A stretch of 64,000 nt of DNA from Eledone cirrhosa (lineage: Eukaryota), in assembly GCA_964016885.1 (NCBI GenBank), contig OZ024742.1, positions 246,636,001-246,700,000 on the forward strand, given 5' to 3'. Numbering within the stretch: position 1 is the stretch's first letter; each line of letters starts with the position of its first letter. The notes beneath the pieces are model-generated. The model searched no databases, was not told the origin of the DNA, and saw nothing but the letters and a program-made list of their open reading frames with translations. Shown here piece by piece: positions 36,130-48,100 of the stretch. The position numbers and the translations under genes are program-made.

Positions 36130-39100
36130 TGCCTTCTGCTGTGCTTGAACTGGTCATACTCGACTGTATCGGCTCCTACCGTTCCTTCTCCACTACCTTC
36201 TGCTAGGTTTGAACTGGTCATGCTCGACTGCATCGGCTCCTGCCGTTCCTTCTCCACTACCTTCTGCTAGGTTTGAACTGGTCATACTCGCCTGCATCGG
36301 CTCCTGCCGTTCCTTCTCCACTACCTTCTGCTAGGTTTGAACTGGTCATGCTCGACTGCATCGGCTCCTGCCGTTCCTTCTCCACTACCTTCTGCTAGGT
36401 TTCAACTGGTCATGCTCGACTGCATCGGCTCCTACCGTTCCTTCTCCACTACCTTCTGCTAGGTTTGAACTGGTCATGCTCGACTGCATCGGCTCCTGCC
36501 GTTCCTTCTCCACTACCTTCTGCTAGGTTTCAACTGGTCATGCTCGACTGCATCGGCTCCTGCCGTTCCTTCGCCACTACCTTCTGCTAGGTTTGAACTG
36601 GTCATACTCGACTGTATCGGCTCCTGCCGTTCCTTCTCCACTACCTTCTGCTAGGTTTGAACTGGTCATACTCGACTGTATCGGCTCCTACCGTTCCTTC
36701 TCGACTACCTTCTGCTAGGTTTGAACTGGTCATACTCGACTGTATCGGCTCCTGCCGTTCCTTCTCGACTACCTTCTGCTAGGTTTGAACTGGTCATACT
36801 CGACTGCATCGGCTCCTGCCGTTCCTTCTCCACTACCTTCTGCTAGGTTTGAACTGGTCATACTCGACTGCATCGGCTCCTGCCGTTCCTTCTCCACTAC
36901 CTTCTGCTAGGTTTGAACTGGTCATGCTCGACTGTATCGACTCCTGCCGTTCCTTCTCCACTACCTTCTGCTAGGTTTCAACTGGTCATGCTCATCTGCA
37001 TCGGCTCCTGCCGTTCCTTCTCGACTGCCTTCTGCTAGGTTTGAACTGGTCATATTCGACTGCATCGACTCCTGCCGTTCCTTCTCCACTACCTTCTGCT
37101 AGGTTTGAACTGGTCATGCTCGACTGTATCGACTCCTGCCGTTCCTTCTCGACTGCCTTCTGCTAGGTTTGAACTGGTCATACTCGACTGCATCGGCTCC
37201 TGCCGTTCCTTCTCCACTACCTTCTGCTAGGTTTGAACTGGTCATGCTCGACTGTATCGGCTCCTGCCGTTCCTTCTCGACTGCCTTCTGCTAGGTTTGA
37301 ACTGGTCATGCTCGACTGTATCGGCTCCTGCCGTTCCTTCTCCACTACCTTCTGCTAGGTTTGAACTGGTCATGCTCGACTGCATCGGCTCCTGCCGTTC
37401 CTTCTCGACTACCTTCTGCTAGGTTTGAACTGGTCATGCTCGACTGCATCGGCTCCTGCCGTTCCTTCTCGACTACCTTCTGCTAGGTTTGAACTGGTCA
37501 TGCTCGACTGTATCGGCTCCTGCCGTTCCTTCTCCACTACCTTCTGCTAGGTTTGAACTGGTCATGCTCGACTGCATCGGCTCCTGCCGTTCCTTCTCGA
37601 CTACCTTCTGCTAGGTTTGAACTGGTCATGCTCGACTGCATGGCTCCTGCGGTTCCTTCTCCACTACCTTCTGCTAGGTTTGAACTGGTCATGCTCGACT
37701 GTATCGGCTCCTGCCGTTCCTTCTCCACTACCTTCTGCTAGGTTTGAACTGGTCATGCTCGACTGCATCGGCTCCTGCCGTTCCTTCTCGACTACCTTCT
37801 GCTAGGTTTGAACTGGTCATGCTCGACTGCATGGCTCCTGCCGTTCCTTCTCCACTACCTTCTGCTAGGTTTGAACTGGTCATGCTCGACTGCATGGCTC
37901 CTGCCGTTCCTTCTCCACTACCTTCTGCTAGGTTTGAACTGGTCATGCTCGACTGCATCGGCTCCTGCCGTTCCTTCTCCACTACCTTCTGCAAGGTTTG
38001 AACTGGTCATGCTCGACTGCATGGCTCCTGCCGTTCCTTCTCCACTACCTTCTGCAAGGTTTGAACTGGTCATGCTCGACTGCATCGGCTCCTGCCGTTC
38101 CTTCTCCACTACCTTCTGCTAGGTTTGAACTGGTCATGCTCGACTGCATCGGCTCCTGCCGTTCCTTCTCCACTACCTTCTGCTAGGTTTGAACTGGTCA
38201 TGGTCGACTGCATGGCTCCTGCCGTTCCTTCTCCACTACCTTCTGCTAGGTTTCAACTGGTCATGCTCGACTGTATCGGCTCCTGCCGTTCCTTCTCCAC
38301 TACCTTCTGCTAGGTTTCAACTGGTCATGCTCGACTGCATCGGCTCCTGCCGTTCCTTCTCCACTACCTTCTGCTAGGTTTGAACTGGTCATGCTCGACT
38401 GCATCGGCTCCTGCCGTTCCTTCTCCACTACCTTCTGCTAGGTTTGAACTGGTCATGGTCGACTGCATGGCTCCTGCCGTTCCTTCTCCACTACCTTCTG
38501 CTAGGTTTGAACTGGTCATGGTCGACTGCATGGCTCCTGCCGTTCCTTCTCCACTACCTTCTGCTAGGTTTCAACTGGTCATGCTCGACTGCATCGGCTC
38601 CTGCCGTTCCTTCTCCACTACCTTCTGCTAGGTTTGAACTGGTCATGCTCGACTGCATCGGCTCCTGCCGTTCCTTCTCCACTACCTTCTGCTAGGTTTG
38701 AACTGGTCATGGTCGACTGCATGGCTCCTGCCGTTCCTTCTCCACTACCTTCTGCTAGGTTTCAACTGGTCATGCTCGACTGTATCGGCTCCTGCCGTTC
38801 CTTCTCCACTACCTTCTGCTAGGTTTCAACTGGTCATGCTCGACTGCATCGGCTCCTGCCGTTCCTTCTCCACTACCTTCTGCTAGGTTTGAACTGGTCA
38901 TGCTCGACTGCATCGGCTCCTGCCGTTCCTTCTCCACTACCTTCTGCTAGGTTTGAACTGGTCATGCTCGACTGCATCGGATCCTGCCGTTCCTTCTCGA
39001 CTACCTTCTGCTAGGTTTGAACTGGTCATGCTCGACTGCATCGGCTCCTGCCGTTCCTTCTCGACTACCTTCTGCTAGGTTTCAACTGGTCATGCTCGAC

Positions 39101-42100
39101 TGCATCGGCTCCTGCCGTTCCTTCTCCACTACCTTCTGCTAGGTTTGAACTGGTCATGCTCGACTGCATCGGCTCCTGCCGTTCCTTCTCCACTACCTTC
39201 TGCTAGGTTTGAACTGGTCATGCTCGACTGCATCGGCTCCTGCCGTTCCTTCTCCACTACCTTCTGCTAGGTTTCAACTGGTCATGCTCGACTGCATCGG
39301 CTCCTGCCGTTCCTTCTCCACTACCTTCTGCTAGGTTTGAACTGGTCATGCTCGACTGCATCGGCTCCTGCCGTTCCTTCTCCACTACCTTCTGTTAGGT
39401 TTGAACTGGTCATGCTCGACTGCATCGGCTCCTGCCGTTCCTTCTCCACTACCTTCTGTTAGGTTTGAACTGGTCATGCTCGACTGCATCGGCTCCTGCC
39501 GTTCCTTCTCCACTACCTTCTGTTAGGTTTGAACTGGTCATGCTCGACTGCATCGGCTCCTGCCGTTCCTTCTCCACTACCTTCTGCTAGGTTTGAACTG
39601 GTCATGCTCGACTGCATCGGCTCCTGCCGTTCCTTCTCCACTACCTTCTGTTAGGTTTGAACTGGTCATGCTCGACTGCATCGGCTCCTGCCGTTCCTTC
39701 TCCACTACCTTCTGCTAGGTTTCAACTGGTCATGCTCGACTGTATCGGCTCCTGCCGTTCCTTCTCCACTACCTTCTGCTAGGTTTGAACTGGTCATGCT
39801 CGACTGCATCGGCTCCTGCCGTCCCCTCTCCACTACCTTCTGTTAGGTTTGAACTGGTCATGCTCGACTGCATCGGCTCCTGCCGTTCCTTCTCCACTAC
39901 CTTCTGCTAGGTTTCAACTGGTCATGCTCGACTGTATCGGCTCCTGCCGTTCCTTCTCCACTACCTTCTGCTAGGTTTGAACTGGTCATGCTCGACTGCA
40001 TCGGCTCCTGCCGTTCCTTCTCCACTACCTTCTGCTAGGTTTGAACTGGTCATGCTCGACTGCATCGGATCCTGCCGTTCCTTCTCGACTACCTTCTGCT
40101 AGGTTTGAACTGGTCATGCTCGACTGCATCGGCTCCTGCCGTTCCTTCTCGACTACCTTCTGCTAGGTTTCAACTGGTCATGCTCGACTGCATCGGCTCC
40201 TGCCGTTCCTTCTCCACTACCTTCTGCTAGGTTTGAACTGGTCATGCTCGACTGCATCGGCTCCTGCCGTTCCTTCTCCACTACCTTCTGCTAGGTTTCA
40301 ACTGGTCATGCTCGACTGCATCGGCTCCTGCCGTTCCTTCTCCACTACCTTCTGCTAGGTTTCAACTGGTCATGCTCGACTGCATCGGCTCCTGCCGTTC
40401 CTTCTCCACTACCTTCTGCTAGGTTTGAACTGGTCATGCTCGACTGCATCGGCTCCTGCCGTTCCTTCTCCACTACCTTCTGTTAGGTTTGAACTGGTCA
40501 TGCTCGACTGCATCGGCTCCTGCCGTTCCTTCTCCACTACCTTCTGTTAGGTTTGAACTGGTCATGCTCGACTGCATCGGCTCCTGCCGTTCCTTCTCCA
40601 CTACCTTCTGTTAGGTTTGAACTGGTCATGCTCGACTGCATCGGCTCCTGCCGTTCCTTCTCCACTACCTTCTGCTAGGTTTGAACTGGTCATGCTCGAC
40701 TGCATCGGCTCCTGCCGTTCCTTCTCCACTACCTTCTGTTAGGTTTGAACTGGTCATGCTCGACTGCATCGGCTCCTGCCGTTCCTTCTCCACTACCTTC
40801 TGCTAGGTTTCAACTGGTCATGCTCGACTGTATCGGCTCCTGCCGTTCCTTCTCCACTACCTTCTGCTAGGTTTGAACTGGTCATGCTCGACTGCATCGG
40901 CTCCTGCCGTCCCCTCTCCACTACCTTCTGTTAGGTTTGAACTGGTCATGCTCGACTGCATCGGCTCCTGCCGTTCCTTCTCCACTACCTTCTGCTAGGT
41001 TTCAACTGGTCATGCTCGACTGTATCGGCTCCTGCCGTTCCTTCTCCACTACCTTCTGCTAGGTTTGAACTGGTCATGCTCGACTGCATCGGCTCCTGCC
41101 GTTCCTTCTCCACTACCTTCTGTTAGGTTTGAACTGGTCATGCTCGACTGCATCGGCTCCTGCCGTTCCTTCTCGACTGCCTTCTGCTGGGTTTGAACTG
41201 GTCATGCTCGACTGCATGGCTCCTACCGTTCCTTCTCGACTGCCTTCTGCTAGGTTTGAACTGGTCATGCTCGACTGCATCGGCTCCTACCGTTCCTTCT
41301 CGACTGCCTTCTGCTAGGTTTGAACTGGTCATACTCGACTGTATCGGCTCCTACCGTTCCTTCTCCACTACCTTCTGCAAGGTTTGAACTGGTCATGCTC
41401 GACTGCATCGGCTCCTGCCGTTCCTTCTTGACTACCTTCTGCTAGGTTTGAACTGGTCAGGTTCGACTGCATCGGCTCCTACCGTTCCTTCTCGACTGCC
41501 TTCTGCTAGGTTTGAACTGGTCATACTCGACTGTATCGGCTCCTACCGTTCCTTCTCGACTGCCTTCTGCTAGGTTTGAACTGGTCATGCTCGACTGCAT
41601 CGGCTCCTGCCGTTCCTTCTCCACTACCTTCTGCTAGGTTTGAACTGGTCATGCTCGACTGCATCGGCTCCTGCCGTTCCTTTTCCACTACCTTCTGCTA
41701 GGTTTGAACTGGTCATGCTCGACTGCATCGGCTCCTGCCGTTCCTTTTCCACTACCTTCTGCTAGGTTTGAACTGGTCATGCTCGACTGTATCGGCTCCT
41801 GCCGTTCCTTTTCCACTACCTTCTGCTAGGTTTCAACTGGTCATGCTCGACTGCATCGGCTCATGCCGTTCCTTCTCCACTACCTTCTGCTAGGTTTGAA
41901 CTGGTCATGCTCGACTGCATCGGCTCCTGCCGTTCCTTCTCCACTACCTCTGCTAGGTTTGAACTGGTCATGCTCGACTGCATCGGCTCCTGCCGTTCCT
42001 TCTCCACTACCTTCTGCTAGGTTTGAACTGGTCATGCTCGACTGTATCGGCTCCTGCCGTTCCTTCTCCACTACCTCCTGTTAGGTTTGAACTGGTCATG

Positions 42101-45100
42101 CTCGACTGCATCGGCTCGTGCCGTTCCTTCTCCACTACCTTCTGCTAGGTTTCAACTGGTCATGCTCGACTGCATCGGCTCGTGCCGTTCCTTCTCCACT
42201 ACCTTCTGCTAGGTTTGAACTGGTCATGCTCGACTGTATCGGCTCCTGCCGTTCCTTCTCCACTACCTTCTGCTAGGTTTCAACTGGTCATGCTCGACTG
42301 CATCGGCTCCTGCCGTTCCTTCTCCACTACCTTCTGCTAGGTTTGAACTGGTCATGCTCGACTGCATCGGCTCCTGCCGTTCCTTCTCCACTACCTTCTG
42401 TTAGGTTTGAACTGGTCATGCTCGACTGCATCGGCTCGTGCCGTTCCTTCTCCACTACTTTCTGCTAGGTTTGAACTGGTCATGCTCGACTGCATCGGCT
42501 CCTGCCGTTCCTTCTCCACTACCTTCTGCTAGGTTTGAACTGGTCATGCTCGACTGCATCGGCTCCTGCCGTTCCTTCTCCACTACCTTCTGTTAGGTTT
42601 GAACTGGTCATGCTCGACTGCATCGGCTCCTGCCGTTCCTTCTCCACTACCTTCTGCTAGGTTTCAACTGGTCATGCTCGACTGCATCGGCTCCTGCCGT
42701 TCCTTCTCCACTACCTTCTGCTAGGTTTGAACTGGTCATGCTCGACTGTATCGGCTCCTGCCGTTCCTTCTCCACTACCTTCTGCTAGGTTTGAACTGGT
42801 CATGCTCGACTGCATCGGCTCCTGCCGTTCCTTCTCCACTACCTTCTGCTAGGTTTGAACTGGTCATGCTCGACTGCATCGGCTCCTGCCGTTCCTTCTC
42901 CACTACCTTCTGCTAGGTTTGAACTGGTCATGCTCGACTGCATCGGCTCCTGCCGTTCCTTCTCCACTACCTTCTGCTAGGTTTGAACTGGTCATGCTCG
43001 ACTGCATCGGCTCCTGCCGTTCCTTCTCCACTACCTTCTGCTAGGTTTCAACTGGTCATGCTCGACTGTATCGGCTCCTGCCGTTCCTTCTCCACTACCT
43101 TCTGCTAGGTTTGAACTGGTCATGCTCGACTGCATCGGCTCCTGCCGTTCCTTCTCCACTACCTTCTGCTAGGTTTGAACTGGTCATGCTCGACTGCATC
43201 GGATCCTGCCGTTCCTTCTCGACTACCTTCTGCTAGGTTTGAACTGGTCATGCTCGACTGCATCGGCTCCTGCCGTTCCTTCTCGACTACCTTCTGCTAG
43301 GTTTCAACTGGTCATGCTCGACTGCATCGGCTCCTGCCGTTCCTTCTCCACTACCTTCTGCTAGGTTTGAACTGGTCATGCTCGACTGCATCGGCTCCTG
43401 CCGTTCCTTCTCCACTACCTTCTGCTAGGTTTCAACTGGTCATGCTCGACTGCATCGGCTCCTGCCGTTCCTTCTCCACTACCTTCTGCTAGGTTTCAAC
43501 TGGTCATGCTCGACTGCATCGGCTCCTGCCGTTCCTTCTCCACTACCTTCTGCTAGGTTTGAACTGGTCATGCTCGACTGCATCGGCTCCTGCCGTTCCT
43601 TCTCCACTACCTTCTGCTAGGTTTCAACTGGTCATGCTCGACTGTATCGGCTCCTGCCGTTCCTTCTCCACTACCTTCTGCTAGGTTTGAACTGGTCATG
43701 CTCGACTGCATCGGCTCCTGCCGTTCCTTCTCCACTACCTTCTGCTAGGTTTGAACTGGTCATGCTCGACTGCATCGGATCCTGCCGTTCCTTCTCGACT
43801 ACCTTCTGCTAGGTTTGAACTGGTCATGCTCGACTGCATCGGCTCCTGCCGTTCCTTCTCGACTACCTTCTGCTAGGTTTCAACTGGTCATGCTCGACTG
43901 CATCGGCTCCTGCCGTTCCTTCTCCACTACCTTCTGCTAGGTTTGAACTGGTCATGCTCGACTGCATCGGCTCCTGCCGTTCCTTCTCCACTACCTTCTG
44001 CTAGGTTTCAACTGGTCATGCTCGACTGCATCGGCTCCTGCCGTTCCTTCTCCACTACCTTCTGCTAGGTTTCAACTGGTCATGCTCGACTGCATCGGCT
44101 CCTGCCGTTCCTTCTCCACTACCTTCTGCTAGGTTTGAACTGGTCATGCTCGACTGCATCGGCTCCTGCCGTTCCTTCTCCACTACCTTCTGTTAGGTTT
44201 GAACTGGTCATGCTCGACTGCATCGGCTCCTGCCGTTCCTTCTCCACTACCTTCTGTTAGGTTTGAACTGGTCATGCTCGACTGCATCGGCTCCTGCCGT
44301 TCCTTCTCCACTACCTTCTGTTAGGTTTGAACTGGTCATGCTCGACTGCATCGGCTCCTGCCGTTCCTTCTCCACTACCTTCTGCTAGGTTTGAACTGGT
44401 CATGCTCGACTGCATCGGCTCCTGCCGTTCCTTCTCCACTACCTTCTGTTAGGTTTGAACTGGTCATGCTCGACTGCATCGGCTCCTGCCGTTCCTTCTC
44501 CACTACCTTCTGCTAGGTTTCAACTGGTCATGCTCGACTGTATCGGCTCCTGCCGTTCCTTCTCCACTACCTTCTGCTAGGTTTGAACTGGTCATGCTCG
44601 ACTGCATCGGCTCCTGCCGTCCCCTCTCCACTACCTTCTGTTAGGTTTGAACTGGTCATGCTCGACTGCATCGGCTCCTGCCGTTCCTTCTCCACTACCT
44701 TCTGCTAGGTTTGAACTGGTCATGCTCGACTGCATCGGCTCCTGCCGTTCCTTCTCCACTACCTTCTGTTAGGTTTGAACTGGTCATGCTCGACTGCATC
44801 GGCTCCTGCCGTTCCTTCTCCACTACCTTCTGCTAGGTTTGAACTGGTCATACTCGACTGTATCGGCTCCTACCGTTCCTTCTCCACTACCTTCTGCAAG
44901 GTTTGAACTGGTCATGCTCGACTGCATCGGCTCCTGCCGTTCCTTCTTGACTACCTTCTGCTAGGTTTGAACTGGTCAGGTTCGACTGCATCGGCTCCTA
45001 CCGTTCCTTCTCGACTGCCTTCTGCTAGGTTTGAACTGGTCATACTCGACTGTATCGGCTCCTACCGTTCCTTCTCGACTGCCTTCTGCTAGGTTTGAAC

Positions 45101-48100
45101 TGGTCATGCTCGACTGCATCGGCTCCTGCCGTTCCTTCTCCACTACCTTCTGCTAGGTTTGAACTGGTCATGCTCGACTGCATCGGCTCCTGCCGTTCCT
45201 TTTCCACTACCTTCTGCTAGGTTTGAACTGGTCATGCTCGACTGCATCGGCTCCTGCCGTTCCTTTTCCACTACCTTCTGCTAGGTTTGAACTGGTCATG
45301 CTCGACTGTATCGGCTCCTGCCGTTCCTTTTCCACTACCTTCTGCTAGGTTTCAACTGGTCATGCTCGACTGCATCGGCTCATGCCGTTCCTTCTCCACT
45401 ACCTTCTGCTAGGTTTGAACTGGTCATGCTCGACTGCATCGGCTCCTGCCGTTCCTTCTCCACTACCTCTGCTAGGTTTGAACTGGTCATGCTCGACTGC
45501 ATCGGCTCCTGCCGTTCCTTCTCCACTACCTTCTGCTAGGTTTGAACTGGTCATGCTCGACTGTATCGGCTCCTGCCGTTCCTTCTCCACTACCTCCTGT
45601 TAGGTTTGAACTGGTCATGCTCGACTGCATCGGCTCGTGCCGTTCCTTCTCCACTACCTTCTGCTAGGTTTCAACTGGTCATGCTCGACTGCATCGGCTC
45701 GTGCCGTTCCTTCTCCACTACCTTCTGCTAGGTTTGAACTGGTCATGCTCGACTGTATCGGCTCCTGCCGTTCCTTCTCCACTACCTTCTGCTAGGTTTC
45801 AACTGGTCATGCTCGACTGCATCGGCTCCTGCCGTTCCTTCTCCACTACCTTCTGCTAGGTTTGAACTGGTCATGCTCGACTGCATCGGCTCCTGCCGTT
45901 CCTTCTCCACTACCTTCTGTTAGGTTTGAACTGGTCATGCTCGACTGCATCGGCTCGTGCCGTTCCTTCTCCACTACTTTCTGCTAGGTTTGAACTGGTC
46001 ATGCTCGACTGCATCGGCTCCTGCCGTTCCTTCTCCACTACCTTCTGCTAGGTTTGAACTGGTCATGCTCGACTGCATCGGCTCCTGCCGTTCCTTCTCC
46101 ACTACCTTCTGTTAGGTTTGAACTGGTCATGCTCGACTGCATCGGCTCCTGCCGTTCCTTCTCCACTACCTTCTGCTAGGTTTCAACTGGTCATGCTCGA
46201 CTGCATCGGCTCCTGCCGTTCCTTCTCCACTACCTTCTGCTAGGTTTGAACTGGTCATGCTCGACTGTATCGGCTCCTGCCGTTCCTTCTCCACTACCTT
46301 CTGCTAGGTTTGAACTGGTCATGCTCGACTGCATCGGCTCCTGCCGTTCCTTCTCCACTACCTTCTGCTAGGTTTCAACTGGTCATGCTCGACTGCATCG
46401 GCTCCTGCCGTTCCTTCTCCACTACCTTCTGCTAGGTTTGAACTGGTCATGCTCGACTGCATCGGCTCCTGCCGTTCCTTCTCCACTACCTTCTGCTAGG
46501 TTTGAACTGGTCATGCTCGACTGCATCGGCTCCTGCCGTTCCTTCTCCACTACCTTCTGCTAGGTTTCAACTGGTCATGCTCGACTGTATCGGCTCCTGC
46601 CGTTCCTTCTCCACTACCTTCTGCTAGGTTTGAACTGGTCATGCTCGACTGCATCGGCTCCTGCCGTTCCTTCTCCACTACCTTCTGCTAGGTTTGAACT
46701 GGTCATGCTCGACTGCATCGGATCCTGCCGTTCCTTCTCGACTACCTTCTGCTAGGTTTGAACTGGTCATGCTCGACTGCATCGGCTCCTGCCGTTCCTT
46801 CTCGACTACCTTCTGCTAGGTTTCAACTGGTCATGCTCGACTGCATCGGCTCCTGCCGTTCCTTCTCCACTACCTTCTGCTAGGTTTGAACTGGTCATGC
46901 TCGACTGCATCGGCTCCTGCCGTTCCTTCTCCACTACCTTCTGCTAGGTTTCAACTGGTCATGCTCGACTGCATCGGCTCCTGCCGTTCCTTCTCCACTA
47001 CCTTCTGCTAGGTTTCAACTGGTCATGCTCGACTGCATCGGCTCCTGCCGTTCCTTCTCCACTACCTTCTGCTAGGTTTGAACTGGTCATGCTCGACTGC
47101 ATCGGCTCCTGCCGTTCCTTCTCCACTACCTTCTGCTAGGTTTCAACTGGTCATGCTCGACTGTATCGGCTCCTGCCGTTCCTTCTCCACTACCTTCTGC
47201 TAGGTTTGAACTGGTCATGCTCGACTGCATCGGCTCCTGCCGTTCCTTCTCCACTACCTTCTGCTAGGTTTGAACTGGTCATGCTCGACTGCATCGGATC
47301 CTGCCGTTCCTTCTCGACTACCTTCTGCTAGGTTTGAACTGGTCATGCTCGACTGCATCGGCTCCTGCCGTTCCTTCTCGACTACCTTCTGCTAGGTTTC
47401 AACTGGTCATGCTCGACTGCATCGGCTCCTGCCGTTCCTTCTCCACTACCTTCTGCTAGGTTTGAACTGGTCATGCTCGACTGCATCGGCTCCTGCCGTT
47501 CCTTCTCCACTACCTTCTGCTAGGTTTCAACTGGTCATGCTCGACTGCATCGGCTCCTGCCGTTCCTTCTCCACTACCTTCTGCTAGGTTTCAACTGGTC
47601 ATGCTCGACTGCATCGGCTCCTGCCGTTCCTTCTCCACTACCTTCTGCTAGGTTTGAACTGGTCATGCTCGACTGCATCGGCTCCTGCCGTTCCTTCTCC
47701 ACTACCTTCTGTTAGGTTTGAACTGGTCATGCTCGACTGCATCGGCTCCTGCCGTTCCTTCTCCACTACCTTCTGTTAGGTTTGAACTGGTCATGCTCGA
47801 CTGCATCGGCTCCTGCCGTTCCTTCTCCACTACCTTCTGTTAGGTTTGAACTGGTCATGCTCGACTGCATCGGCTCCTGCCGTTCCTTCTCCACTACCTT
47901 CTGCTAGGTTTGAACTGGTCATGCTCGACTGCATCGGCTCCTGCCGTTCCTTCTCCACTACCTTCTGTTAGGTTTGAACTGGTCATGCTCGACTGCATCG
48001 GCTCCTGCCGTTCCTTCTCCACTACCTTCTGCTAGGTTTCAACTGGTCATGCTCGACTGTATCGGCTCCTGCCGTTCCTTCTCCACTACCTTCTGCTAGG